A stretch of DNA of 63,048 nucleotides, filler included, from Lenisia limosa (Eukaryota; Protista; Breviatea): the NCBI GenBank assembly GCA_001655205.1. It is 12 parts of 12 records of this genome, joined end to end, with 100 filler letters (N's around TTAATTAATTAA, not from the genome) between each part and the next. Parts side by side here need not be neighbours in the genome. Positions count along the whole stretch, not along the records: positions 34,812 to 37,602 come from LPNZ01008526.1; positions 37,703 to 55,007 come from LPNZ01003695.1; 10 more parts are not named here. One strand, written 5' to 3'. The position numbers and the translations under genes were made by a program. The notes below the pieces were generated by a model that did not search any database, was not told the DNA's origin, and saw only the letters and a list, made by a program, of their open reading frames with translations. Below, piece by piece: positions 35,171 through 48,636 of the stretch; positions within the stretch are counted from its first letter, which is position 1, and each line of letters starts with the position of its first letter.

Positions 35171-37402
35171 CTGGAACTCTTCAGGGGCCGGCGCAGGTCC
35201 CATGAGACTCGAGACTATTTCCCTCCAGACATAGAGTGTGGTAAGGCCTTCGGCTGAGTCTCCGCTTCCTTGGGGGATAAGTGAAATTGGAAGATTTATG
35301 AAACAAAAAATGCCCAAAAGTAACGGGAGGAAGGGGGAGGTGTGAAGGATTAGGGATGAGAAGAAATAAGAACAATAAAACCAGCCCCCCCCCCCCAGAA
35401 TGGTATTCTCTTTTATTGGTTACCCCTAGATTTCCAATGTAATATATTATTTCTCTTAAAAGTAAATCAACCCTCCCTTTACCTTCCAAGNNNNNNNNNN
35501 NNNNNNNNNNNNNNNNNNNNNNNNNNNNNNNNNNNNNNNNNNNNNNNNNNNNNNNNNNNNNNNTAACATGCTCTTTCCCATTCCCGCCTCGCCTTGCATC
35601 ATCAGCACGGTCCCAAGGTTTTGCTGATAAGTTAGTAGGGAATCTTGGAGGATGAGTTTGAGGCTTTGTTTCACCAAAGAAGGAATTTCTCGGTAATTAT
35701 CGATATTATCACGGGGTGTTTTAGACCATAGTAGCTCATTAATTGTATATTTCAGTATGGCAGTATTGTACCACACACCCAGCTGAATTTACTCCCTCCC
35801 CTCCCCACGGTTTTGGCTTTTAGAATTGCCTCGTGGAAAACGCCCATTTCCTTCTCGCGTCCTAGTAAGTCCTCAGATCCCAGGCGATGGTTGATCATAG
35901 ACTAGATGGTGAGGGGGGGGGGGGGGAATTGCCNNNNNNNNNNNNNNNNNNNNNNNNNNNNNNNNNNNNNNNNNNNNNNNNNNNNNNNNNNNNNNNNNNN
36001 NNNNNNNNNNNNNNNNNNNNNNNNNNNNNNNNNNNNNNNNNNNNNNNNNNNNNNNNNNTAATTGGAAAATTACAAAATAAAAAAACGCCCAAAATCAACT
36101 ATGTTGGCTGAAACAGACGAGGGTTGATAACAACATAAACAAAGCCAGACCAGTTGAAAAAAGCCAAAAATCAACTTTGTGAGGGAGACTGGTAACGGAC
36201 ATAATTTCAATGATTAAATGAGGTAAAGGCAACCATTACGGTGGTTATAAACTTGATAATCACTATCACGTCCTCTCACATTCAAAGGCATATAAACGCC
36301 TTGTTTTCCTGTAAATCCCTTGAGCTTAGTTCGCGGTAGTATGTCAAATGTCATTTTGCGTTTGGTTCGCTCGAAGGTCGTCTATAACAGGAGAATTAAT
36401 AGGAACAAAAGGGACGGGAACATTGGAGCTTTACAGAGTTTCATAATATTCTGTTTGTCCTTCCAACATAGCAACTTTGGCTTCAATTCGGTTCGAATAA
36501 AGACTGAATTTCTTGATATTTTACCGGTCTTTTTCAAGAAGTGCAGCCCTAATAGCAACCCCCCCCCCCACTTCATCGCAATAAACCTTGGTTTTTGCAA
36601 GACTCATCAGTCTGGCGGCTAGGTTGATAGTTCGGCCAACTACCGCATATTCCTGGGGGGGGGGGNNNNNNNNNNNNNNNNNNNNNNNNNNNNNNNNNNN
36701 NNNNNNNNNNNNNNNNNNNNNNNNNNNNNNNNNNNNNNNNNNNNNTAACATCATCATTTAAAATAACACACACACATACTATAATCCACATCTCTCCCCC
36801 CACCATACTCGCACGTTTTATACCCATATGCCTAGGGCTTCACTTCGGTCCAAAAAAGAGCGATATCGATAGCTTTTGAAGATTTTTCGCGAAATTCAGT
36901 CTTTTTCGAACCGAAGTGAAGCCCAACATAAGCAAGCCCAATCCACCTCCACACAGACAGTGACCGGGGTATTTTCTTTGGGAAATCATATCAAATCGAT
37001 CAAGACTTATCCCGGTCGCTGTATATGAAATAGTACATGTATTATGTATTATAACCACATATCCCCCCCCACCTGACGATCACGCGATCCAACCGCGCCG
37101 CAAAACACTCGGCCAGTTGCCACGCCAATGGCGTTAGTTTGGCGCAAGTTTACGAGGGCCTCGTGGATACGCAGGGAGGCCTTGGAGGGGGGGGGGTAAA
37201 TATGGACAATTTATGAAAAAAAAAAGAAAAAAAAAAGACCAAAACCAACTTTGTTGGTAAGCATTTGCCACTCCCCCCTCACCTGTAACCCTCTAAAAGC
37301 ATCATCGGTATGACTCTTCAAAGCGCCGAAAACGCCAATAATCACAAAGCCCTTGTCGTCTAGTACAACCTGTCGTACTAACCCTTCGAGTCTGTAAAGC
37401 AT
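35171..37402 (-). CDS. Soluble adenylyl/guanylyl cyclase-like protein (class III cyclase followed by P-loop NTPase; ADCY10/sAC architecture), partial
   Basis: Spliced LYRLEGLVRQVVLDDKGFVIIGVFGALKSHTDDAFRGLQ|ASLRIHEALVNLRQTNAIGVATGRVFCGAVGSRDRQ|EYAVVGRTINLAARLMSLA is a class III cyclase catalytic segment with the N-x3-R pair. Downstream Walker A QGEAGMGKS. Confidence 0.88.
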
Positions 37403-38311
37403 TAAATAGGGAAGATAAGTGTTAAAAAGGGAAGATAGACATTAAAAAGGGAAGATAGGTTTAACAAAATAGGGGTAATCAAGGAAGTAACATAAAACAG
37501 TGAAATAACAAATGAAAATAAGGATTAACAACAAGGTTAACCAAACTTGGGTTTATCAGAGAAGTAGCAAAAATAATTACAAAAAAAATAGGAAACAGCA
37601 AANNNNNNNNNNNNNNNNNNNNNNNNNNNNNNNNNNNNNNNNNNNNTTAATTAATTAANNNNNNNNNNNNNNNNNNNNNNNNNNNNNNNNNNNNNNNNNN
37701 NNGATTGGAATGATCAGGGGAGGTAGCGATATTGCATGTTCCTTAAGCAGAATACAATTGCCCTCAGTGAAATACACTTGAGAGGAAGAAAGAGATGGAC
37801 TTCAAAAGAAGGCAAGGGAAGGCATAATAACTCTTTAATGCTCTACTGACATTTAAACTAGTTTTAATCATTTACACTTAAGGGACATCGCACTAAAAGA
37901 GAACTAAATCCTCCAGAATCCAAACTCAACATTTATTAAAAGCAAGATCTGTTGCTGTTCTTGGCAAGTTCTTGGCGTTTCAAAGCTTTGAACTCGCTTT
38001 GAACTTTATATTTATACGCAAACGATACTCAGACAGGCAGCTAATCTCCTTTTCATCTCCAAAAGCTAAACTAGAAGTGTTGTGCGGGGTAGAAAAAGCC
38101 TTTTGAGGGCTGTCTCTAGTCTAACTGCCCTAAAAATTTATTCTAACTGCACTTTTGATAGAATAGAGCAAACATTAGGAAAGCGAAAGGTGGACAGAGC
38201 AGGAACTGTAACACGTCATAATTTACCATTCCAATCTCGGTTTAATGGTCTTTTATTTTTCTATTCAAGTGTTTTCGATTTATCATATTTATTATTTGGA
38301 GAATATTTTAG

Positions 38312-41300
38312 GAAGGGTTATTGATGGTTTAGACGGCGAGTTTAGTGCAATCATTACGGATTACAACAACGACAGCCTCGTCATCTTCTCCCAATCAAAG
38401 GTGTGCTTAAAGAAGTGACTATTGTATCTATGACTCCTTGCAGTTAATTTTTTGAGAAAAATTGACAAAATTTGAAAATAAGTGTCTGAAATAGGGTTCC
38501 CCTTACAATATGTCACACTTCAAATTTTGCATTTATTATAAATTAATTGCCCGGAGGGCTAATTGTATCATGATTGTCCACCAATGCCGCCTTCCTCACC
38601 CCCAAGGTACCGGCAGCCAACATTGCCGGCAACACCGGCATCAACTGGTACACCACAAACGTTGGACCTGTCCCCTCATATGCGGACGGCTTTTGGGTCG
38701 AGGGCTGGTCCTATAGCCTGGATAGGGACTCTGGGGTGGGCTGGGCTGCGATTCGCTTTTTAATCGAATGTATCATGAAACGGCAAGGGACTTTGAGGTA
38801 ACAACGCAGGATGGAGGCACATTGACCACTCCTAAAAATGAAGAGTACACAATTGAGGCACTATTCGACCTTGTCAGGCTGTTTGGGGGTGTGTGATTGT
38901 GGAGAACAGGAAACTCTTGTTGATTGAGTTAGCTGTTTCCGTATTAATACTGTCCTATCAAATCTGTTATCATTATAACTGGGATAATGTGGATGGCTTT
39001 AACAATATGTTATTACTAAATTGTTTTCAGAAATGTTCCACGCATTTCACTGCACATCAACAAACCAAGCAACAATCATTACTCTTTCAAAACATGGGTG
39101 AGCTGCCATTTGCCTAATTTGGAATTTGGAATTCCCTCAAACAAATACCTTTTTTTACCCCGCAGTACTACGATACGGAACTGGTGCTGGTGTCGCCTGC
39201 TCTCTACAACAACATCGAAAACATGGTGGTATTCAACACCAGGATGAACGGTTTGCGATGAACAAAGCAGGATTTTTTGCAATTCAAGGTGACTGACCTT
39301 CATTCGAATAAGACATGACCTTCCAGGCCTGTTCGCCTCACAGGTTGGAGGAAAGGACTTCTGGTTCCGCCCCTCAAACGGCCACCTTCCGGCGTCTGTT
39401 AGTTATGTTTGTGGGGACCTATTGTCTGTTTCCCACCAAGTTTGTCAATCCAGCGATGCCCCAAATTCCAAAGACTTGGACTTATTATCAGGACAGCCTC
39501 ACGGATACGTTGAATGCAAGTCGTGATTTCTCCTCAGGTTTGCTTTAACATATGATATGCATACTGCAAAAAGATGTTATCATAGTGCATTCTCTAAGGT
39601 AGTAGCTATATATATATATATATATATATGCTCGCGGTCCTAAATTAGGTTATTGATTAATTAGGTCATTAATTGTTATTTTGAGTTTTAAAGCCGGAGA
39701 AACTAATTTTTAGTCCAGTTTTCATACCACATTCAAATTCTGGGTAATTTTGAATTTTTTTTTAAAAAAATTTTCACGCACAACCTTTCGGATAAATTTT
39801 ATGCATTTTTCCGACTAAAAAAGTTAGGGGCCATTCTAAACGACTCAAGTAAATTTAGTGGAATCCAAAGCTAAACAAGCAAGTTGCAGATAAAAATCAA
39901 CATTTTCCTGTAAAAATTTCTGTCACTATCCAAAGGACTTGCCTTATTTGGGAAAACAACGGAAAATTCCAAAAATCTGTAATTTATTAACATCTTTGAC
40001 AGGTTTCGACTTTCGAGAGTTTACATAGCGGAAACAACTTTGTATGACTCGTAGCTATCGTTTGGTATGCTTTTCAAGCGAAATGGTTTAGATAGGCTCG
40101 AGAAATAAGCTATCATCAAATTTGCGATTTTTGACCAAAAACCCCCAAAAAGGTATTTCTGTCAAAATCATCAAAATGTAGCAGCTACTTTCTCGAGCCT
40201 ATCTAAACCATTTCGCTTGAAAAGCATACCAAACGATAGCTACGAGTCNNNNNNNNNNNNNNNNNNNNNNNNNNNNNNNNNNNNNNNNNNNNNNNNNNNN
40301 NNNNNNNNNNNNNNNNNNNNNNNNNNNNNNNNNNNNNNNNNNNNNNNNNNNNNNNNNNNNNNNNNNNNNNNNNNNNNNNNNNNNNNNNNNNNNNNNNNNN
40401 NNNNNNNNNNNNNNNNNNNNNNNNNNNNNNNNNNNNNNACTTTTTTAGTCGGAAAAATGCATATAATTCATCCGAAAGGTTGTGCGTGAAAAAAAATAAA
40501 TTCTTAAAAAACTCAAAACTACCCAGAATTTGAATGTGATATGAAAACTGGACTAAAAATTGGTTTCTCCGGCTTTAAAACTCAAAATAACAATTAATGA
40601 CCTAATTAATCAATTAATAACCTAATTTAGGACCGCGAGCATATATAGTATATATATATATAGCTACTACCTTAGAGAATGCACTATGATAACATCTTTT
40701 TGCAGTAGCCATGAAAAGTTGTAATGAGATCAGTATATATTAGATAAGTTGACAATACCGAGGAGCCCGCCTGCACGCATAACCTCAATTAGTAGCACAG
40801 TTAACCGTTTAGGCGTGGTTTTAGCCGCACTGTTTATGGCCGTGAGCGGCTCTGTCGGAGTGGTCTTCAAGCATAGAAAGAACCGTGGGAGGGGGCAACT
40901 GATTACAAAAGCCCCATATCGATATGTGTTTATTCATAATTATTGATGTCAAGTGTATCACCGCAGATTCTTTTTTGCATAATCTACCTATGCACATATT
41001 TACACTGTGTAGAGCTGCAAACGATCCTGTCTCTTCATGGAGTATCTCCAGCCCTTTTCACCTTCATCAACCTTTTAGCCAACTGGCTTGTTGCTATTCT
41101 GCCAAGCTTCATTGTTTACGGTCGGTACATGCTTCATATTGTCGCAGATCAACTTCCACGATAGATAACTCTTTAGTAATTTTCCTCTACATTGATCAAA
41201 CGTACTTTTTGTCTGACGTCTTCTTCAAGTACCTTATCTTGGTCACTTCCTTCGCACTTATCGTGGTTTGTCTTGGGCTCTCGGCCTCCATCACTAGTCC

Positions 41301-44000
41301 TCCTATCCATTCTTGACACCCAGGCGTTCATCTCACAAATGCTACAATATGCCGTTGACACAGAGGGCGGAGCGCATAGCTCGGGGCTGCTGCTCATGGT
41401 TGGATCACTCTTCTACAACACCCTAGTCCATACATACATACCCAGAGGTTTGTGCGGATGCGACCAAGGTTTTCATTTAGGTTGTTTGTTGACAGAGCGT
41501 TTTAATTCTCATTAACCTTGAATAGATCCCGGCATGTGGGTATTACTTCCCACTGAAGCACTCATGAGCGGCTTGAGAGAAATTCTTGGTGGTAGGAGGG
41601 GGTACAATTGCGTTGAGCTCTACACTGAGGAAGGGGTACTTCATCTTCATCTTTCACAACTATTGAACAAAAGGGCTAAGCTTTCAGGCGAGACGGCGGA
41701 GGGATGGTCCATCTACACCCTTTCAGCCCTGATCTGTTTCGAAGGTTGCTGGGCTGCCTGGTGCTAGGTAGTTCTTTTCTTGACTCACCACTTTGTAGCT
41801 GTTTCTTGACTCACTCAACCCTTTGTAGCTGTTTGCCTGTGGCTCGTTCTGATTTTGCCACAGCTCTTTTTCAGTGGTGCAAGAACAACGGTTAGAATAT
41901 TTCAGCCATTAGTAGAGCCAATTTACCTGGCATATTGCATGGTTCATGGTGACTCATATGCCTGTGAAATGAAGGTGTTTACTCTGTAGCAACGCAACGG
42001 TGAGTACGAACGTCTGATCAACAGTGAAGATGAATCGTAGGTAGCTTCACTACTTCATTTGGAGAATATTTGTCATCTTGTGTCTCCAACTATTGCGGCA
42101 GCAGAGCTTGACTTATCCAGCATGGATGCACTGAACATCCGACAGCTGACCAAGATTTACCGCTCCAAGAGGGGGGACACGACAGCTTGCAATGAGGTGC
42201 AATTTGTTTGTTGGGGCTGATTGTTATCACTTTCAGGTTTCAATATAGAGGGTACAGAGTCTTTTACTGATGTTCAGACTCTTGGCAAAGGAGAGCGCAT
42301 GGCACTTTTAGGTCCTAACGGAGCTGGAAAAGTGAGCATCGATGGTGTTTCTCTTTTCTTCTTTTCTTCTTGAATTAGATTGTTTTTAGTGTGATCTGAA
42401 ACCTGATTATAATCATTTTCTCTCCTTTTTCTATATCTTTTCAACGTGTTAATTCACCCCCCCCCCCTCTCTCCCGCAGACTACTTTGATATCCATTCTG
42501 GTCGGAATTATGAAGGCNNNNNNNNNNNNNNNNNNNNNNNNNNNNNNNNNNNNNNNNNNNNNNNNNNNNNNNNNNNNNNNNNNNNNNNNNNNNNNNNNNN
42601 NNNNNNNNNNNNNNNNNNNNNNACCTTGGGTTCTGCTCACAGTTTGACACGTTATGGGAGGACCTGACCGTTAGTACGCTTGGGATTTAAAAGTTTTGAG
42701 ATTGTGTTGCTTTCAGCTCAAAAGGCATGCGGCTGTTTTGGCAAAGATTGTCCTTTGGATGTGTTTTTGACGTATCAGAGGAGATGCTTCAGCTCTTTTT
42801 GTCCCTCAACGGCTGTCCTTCGAATGGTCTCATTGCAGCTACTCAGGTAGGATGGATCGGTTAACAGACAAGTCACCTGAAAAGTGCCCCTTGAAGTATG
42901 ATCATAGGTTATATATTTAAATAGTATCATATAGTGTATACTTTTAGATGGTAAAAGGTATGAACCAGATTCAAGGACTTACAATCCAGCTTTTAGCAGG
43001 GAAAATGGATCTCAACGGCGACCCTTTTACAATGGTTGGTCCGGAGTACAGTCTTACTTTAGCTGGGGCTAAGCACGGCCCTTCATTGTTAACCCTCCCA
43101 GAGATGCGGTAAATGCAGTGGAGGACAGCAGAGACGACTGAACGTGGCAATTGCGCTGACGTCCAATCCCCAGGTTGTGATTCTCGACGAGCCCACTACT
43201 GGTTCGCAGTGCTCTGTTGGGCTCATGGATGTGGTGGCAATCTTTGTTGGTGTGTTCTGCTAAAGTGACCCACTTTTCCTACAGTCTGTTTTGATAATTC
43301 TCACAATAACAGGTCTGGACCCTGCCACCCGGGCCCAGTTCTGGCACACTATCAAAAGCGCCACATCCGGCCGCGCACTCATGATCTGCACTCATGTCAT
43401 GGAGGTAAGAGTGGACGTTTTATCTCGTTTTTTGAAAGAAACCGAATACTAAATACCCCTCCCCAGGAGGCTGAAGCTTTGGCAGATACCGTTGTGATCC
43501 TCAAATCAGGCCAAGTTGTTGCCAAGGGCACGTCTGCTGCTTTGAAACGCCAATACAGTGTGCTATTGTCAAAAAAATTTTACGAGCTAACACGGGCATT
43601 TTCTTATTCGCGGTCTTACCCCTCCCCTCCAGCGTCAGGCTACCGACTGACAGTGTCTGCAGACCGGGCTGAGAACCTTCCTGTTGTCGAGGACTTTGTG
43701 AGGAGCAACGTCAAAACAACAGCAATGGTATGCTTGGTTCCAATCCAGATGGTTGTTAAGAATCTGCTGTCTGTTATGCTCTTAGACGATGATGTCGTCT
43801 TCGATTCAATGCGTGTTGCCAGATGAGGAGTTCAGTTTGCCGACTATTGCGCAGGTCATGAGCCGTGCTCCTTTGTCCGTCAAGGTGGGTTTTGTACTTC
43901 TTCTATGTCATGTTCAGGGTAACAGTTAACACGCTTTGTGATTGTCTAGGACTGGTCTGTCGGCATGCCCACACTCAGTGACGTGTTCCTCTCTCTCTAA
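38312..44000 (+). CDS. ABC transporter subfamily A, half-size (one TMD plus one NBD); 5' end uncertain
   Basis: Spliced NBD: [15 protein letters not shown]|[18 protein letters not shown]|[26 protein letters not shown]|[36 protein letters not shown]|[17 protein letters not shown]|EAEALAD..LKRQY, ending [19 protein letters not shown] segments include GFFAIQ and [16 protein letters not shown]. Confidence 0.92.
39562..40707. repeat. ~1.15-kb imperfect palindrome (foldback element) in an ABCA intron
   Basis: 39562-39826 is the reverse complement of 40439-40707, and 40046-40112 of 40181-40248. The 190-N gap lies where the complement of 39827-40045 (~220 bp) is expected. The arms carry scattered mismatches. 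Confidence 0.85.
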
Positions 44001-44759
44001 CTCACCATTTCCCTTGTATATTAGTGTTTATGTGTTTATACACTTGGGTTGATATAAATTCCTTCCCAAGACAAGACCTGCCGCAAAAAAGCAAGCGGTC
44101 ACATTCCACTCGGGGGGGGGGGGGGAANNNNNNNNNNNNNNNNNNNNNNNNNNNNNNNNNNNNNNNNNNNNNNNNNNNNNNNNNNNNNNNNNNATTTTCA
44201 GAACAATTTTTGAAAAAAAAAGTGGTCATCTACGAGTTCACTACCAAGTGCACCTCATATTTAGGATTCTCTTAGATATAAACTATTGTACCAGTGTGAA
44301 AAAATAATAACAAAGTGACACAAGCAGAAGCAGATCTGATCCCCCAGAGGCATCGGGACGGAGTTCGTAAGACGAGACCAGGTGGGTTCAGATGGAGAGG
44401 CAGCTTGGAAGCAGCAAAAAAAAAACAACAACTAACAACAACAAATATGAAATAAACAGCTGGCAAGAATGAGTATGATTCCAAGAATGGTCTTTCCCAC
44501 CTAGCCCAAGTCTTATTGGCGAACGTCCGTTCCTCTCAATGGTGCTGCCATTGGCCTAGAGCTGTCCGATATCACGTTTGATGAGAAGGATGAAGATAAG
44601 GAAAATGGTGTCTTTTCTAACCAAACTTCCAACTCTGGTTCGCCTTTTAACCCAACAGAGAAGAAATACCCGGGTACTGGGGAGCCTCCCGGACTCAGTC
44701 GGAAGCACTTTCCATAACTTAGCGTTATAATTTCTCCATTATGCTTGTACATTTATGAT

Positions 44760-47170
44760 CCTTTAGATTTGATGCTGATCAAAAGATAACCGCCCTTGGT
44801 CGCTGCCGAAAAAGGGCTCTCCTGTGGTGCCGCGACTTTCGAAAAACGATGCTTCTTGTGAAGCGCCGCCGTCTCTTGGGTCAGGTGGCGAGTTTTTAAT
44901 GTGAAGCAACATGGCAATATTCTATTTTTGTGCCTGTTTCTAAGGTGTCATGTTTCTTGTAGTATCATATGGAATGTAATTTAATATGTATTCTTTTATC
45001 CATTCGATTGTATTCTTGATGTGGTACGATTAAGATGGATGGACCGCATGAGACGACCTACAAACATTCATTTTGGAACGAGTGCTTGAAACACGCTTCA
45101 TGTGCAGACTTGTGCTCACACAGATTACCATTGGGATATGGTTTGCCGTCGATATTATGCATGTAGATGCGAGGCACTGTCTGAGGAGATAAATCGCTAA
45201 ATCGAAACATTTAAAATGAATCCCCAAAAGCAATATAAAAAGTCTGGTGGCTTCGACATACCACTCCATCAACAACAACTTCAGCATTGACTCCTGGGTG
45301 CGAGCAGATCTCTGTGACGTATTTGTCGGAGGGTGGTGTTGGGGGGAACATTGTGATAGCCACTGATTGGACAGATATTGACGGCTTGATGCTCCCTTTG
45401 CAAACTGACCCCTGACGAGTCCTGCAGGTGAATCACATTAAAAAGGTAACATGTCACCAAGACTTCATAAGCCCCATACTTAAACGAGTGGAAGATTTCG
45501 GTCATATTGCCGATCACCGACTCCTTGTAGCTACATTAATGAGCTTTCGACACTGTGAAAAACTGATCAAAACTCATTGTCATTACAATCTCTCACTGTG
45601 CCAGGCCTTGGGACTCTGCTTCCTTGATGATAGCCTTCATGAACGTTCCGCTGGCAATGTTCCAAACTATATCACTGAGGGGTTATGGTGATTCCAGAAC
45701 AACTTTAATATTATTTGAAATAAATAGTTGTTACTACCAAAAGATATGTGTAAACAATGAGAAAAGAAGCAAACTTGTCATGACGAATATGCATTTCACC
45801 CGCAGCAAATACGCTTCGGTCACTACCAACAAGGCACTTGTGCTTGGTACCCCACTACAAAATTGAGGTAGTTAATGTGAGAAAGCCGTGAAGGTTACAA
45901 TGAAAAGGATAAGCTCATGACCCCCTTTCTATTGTGAAGTGAACGAAAGATTGGGGGATTGAGTCCGAAAGGTGTCATGACCCTTAGTCATTTTAACCAC
46001 TTACCTCCCAGGCATTATGGTAGTGGCCAAAGGTAAACTCAAAATCGTTTGTCAGAGACCACTATAAAGTCAAGCAACAATATCGGCCCTGTGGTGACAA
46101 ACAATGCGCGCCCCACTGTGTAGAATCTTCCATTGTGCAGGAGGCAAGGATCACCAAAGGGCTGTGCGTCACAATCTGGTTGGTAATGTTACCACACTAA
46201 GTATCAGAAATACATAAAAAAAATAAGCACGATTAATATGTGCACATCAGTGGTTCGTTCTCTGAAATACGACACATAATTTTATGAAAGTAGTACCATT
46301 CTGCTTATTGGGAAAATACTCTTTTAGCATCATGAAACACCATACTGTTTATAAGTTTCTCAATGACATATGAAAAATTCTCACCCACCTTGAAGGCTCA
46401 AGACAGTATTCACGTCTTGATAGAAATGGTTAGCGCAGAAGCTATGGTGCTTCACCCACAGCTGCCCTTGAGAATTCTTTGCTGGTTTGCCATCAAAAAT
46501 TTGTCTTCGAGGGTCAGTTTAGCCAATTACATGAAAGGAAAGCTGAATTGAATTGCAAGAGGATATAATTGTCGCAGCTGTCAGCTCACATTGAATGACA
46601 CGCCATAAGTCAGAAGGGTAGCCTACCTTGCAAGATCTTTGATATCCTGAGGCGTGGCATGTGGGTGTGGTGGGTTGTTGCCAAGGAGTGCTCGAGGAAC
46701 ACAAGCATCCACAGAGTCCACTATTTCATCTGCTGACTGCGAGGGTAAGTACAACAATGCTTGGGTATTGGTAGTTCCCAAAAGCAAATCAGCTCACGTT
46801 CATGATATCAATAGTAGTTAGAACAAGGTCTTCATGTTTGTCTGTAAGGGCATATGCACATGCTAGTATGAGAGCAAGGGTAAGCAACCTTACAAGCATA
46901 ATTGGTAATGGGGGGGGGGGGGGGNNNNNNNNNNNNNNNNNNNNNNNNNNNNNNNNNNNNNNNNNNNNNNNNNNNNNNNNNNNNNNNNNNNNNNNNNNNN
47001 NNNNNNNNNNNNNNNNNNNNNNNNNNNNNNNNNNNNNTGAACTCGCTGGCCGGCCCGAGGAGCCTGGGGCCCCATCAGATGGCCACCAATCAAAGATTGA
47101 TCATTTGATCATACAGTCCTTCTCCCTGGGAGGGCAGGCGGCAGGCCCTCTTTCAAGCTGGGACAATCCG
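44760..47170 (-). CDS. Multi-exon hypothetical protein containing an H..AAGE..NxxSG motif domain
   Basis: Phase-consistent exons 46061-46005, 45854-45775 and from 45674 give ..WSLTNDFEFTFGHYHNAWE|WGTKHKCLVGSDRSVFAAGEMHIRHD|NDIVWNIASGTFMKAIIKEAESQGLA... Both ends are approximate. Confidence 0.7.
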
Positions 47171-47316
47171 ATAATCCAAATTACAGTGTTAAATCAATAG
47201 TCGCTGATTAATACACGAAATAACTTGTTTCGCCCAAGCACCGGCAATAACATCTAGCCCCACCCGTCTTTCCAGCCTTCTAGTCCCTTCTTCAAAGCCT
47301 TTCACTTCCTATTGAT

Positions 47317-48110
47317 ATGTCTTCCTCAAAACGGTCCTCAAAAAAGGACCAGTCGACGAGGAAACTGAAAGAAGAGCCTGATCCCGAAATTGTCGAGGAA
47401 AGTCCATTCGAAGGAACAGGGCTGTTCTACCACCATGAAGAAACAACTTATGGTTTGTGCTTATCTACCATTAATCATGATCCATGGGGCATTTTAACTG
47501 TTTAGAGGGAATGTGGCGAAAGGAAAACGGTGTGGTTGAGCGACATGGGAAAGGAGTTTGGAGGGACTGTGGCAACACTTTCGAAGGAGAGTTCTTAAAT
47601 GATGCTTTTCATGGATTTGGTGAGTGAAAGCCTTTTTTTTTCTTTCTGAAGAAATATCTTATTTTTGGTTTAGGTGTGTTCAACTACAAGTCTGGGGCCA
47701 AATATGAGGTGGGTTTGGTTTGGATTGGCTAGAATTCTATTAGTATTTGTTTCTTGTTACGAAAATCAAGGTTTTAGTCTTCTTTTTTAATGTGAACCAA
47801 GTTAATACTTTACTTTGACATTGATACGTCCATGTTTGACTGAGACTAGGGGGAATGGGTGGCTGGGAAGTACCACGGACATGGTAAATACAGTTGGCCC
47901 GACAAGTCTGAATACAACGGAGAATGGAGGACCAACATGTAAGAAAACAGAGCAGCTTATTTTCAATCAACTTGGACGACCGTGAAACGATTTGTTGCTG
48001 ACCTCTACAGGATGCATGGAGAGGGAACATACACAGACGCAAACGGAGATATGTGGCGAGGAACATTCTATGCCAATGCAGGACCAGGTCTGAACCCCTT
48101 CATTAAGTAG
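47317..48110 (+). CDS. MORN repeat-containing protein (MORN2-like)
   Basis: Spliced product MSSSKRSS..TY|EGMWRKENGVVERHGKGVWRDCGNTFEGEFLNDAFHGF|GVFNYKSGAKYE|GEWVAGKYHGHGKYSWPDKSEYNGEWRTN|RMHGEGTYTDANGDMWRGTFYANAGPGLNPFIK* contains several canonical YxGxW..HGxG MORN repeats. Confidence 0.9.
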
Positions 48111-48534
48111 CACATGTTGGTTGATTTTATAATAGTGTAATAGTTTTCTTGTAATCAATCCCAAGAATTACGAAAGTGGAACATAAATTAAAAATCAGAA
48201 ATACAAACAAAAGAAATAAAACTAAGATATATTATATACAATATATGGTATAAATAACACTACAGCCTCGAGTAGCCTTTTGGGGATTTCTTTTTAGAGG
48301 GAAGCTCCTCTAACTTATCCACCTGAAAGCGTTATTGAGTAACGTGACTTCTACTGAGAGATGGGGGCATTACCTCGTCATTATGGTCCGAATCTTCTTC
48401 GGTTTCAGAGCCAACTTCAGATTCTAGTCGCCTGAACGCATGAACTTGGAAAAGAAAACAAACCCAGCACTTAATCATTTAATATACATATTCGTATATG
48501 ATATTAGATAATATTAATATTAGTGTCATAATAC

Positions 48535-48600
48535 ACCACAATAAGTCCTGACACGATTGACAAGTTCAATATCCTTGTCAGGACTTAACACGATCAGTGT
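48535..48600. mobile_element. MITE family D (ATAAGTCCTGACACGATTG hairpin), sister of family C
   Basis: Hairpin ATAAGTCCTGACA..TGTCAGGACTTA. Related copies at 6035-6095, 6418-6490 and 13095-13150. Confidence 0.65.
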
Positions 48601-48636
48601 CGTGGGATTGTTTTTCTGAAAGCAGCTAACAAATGC

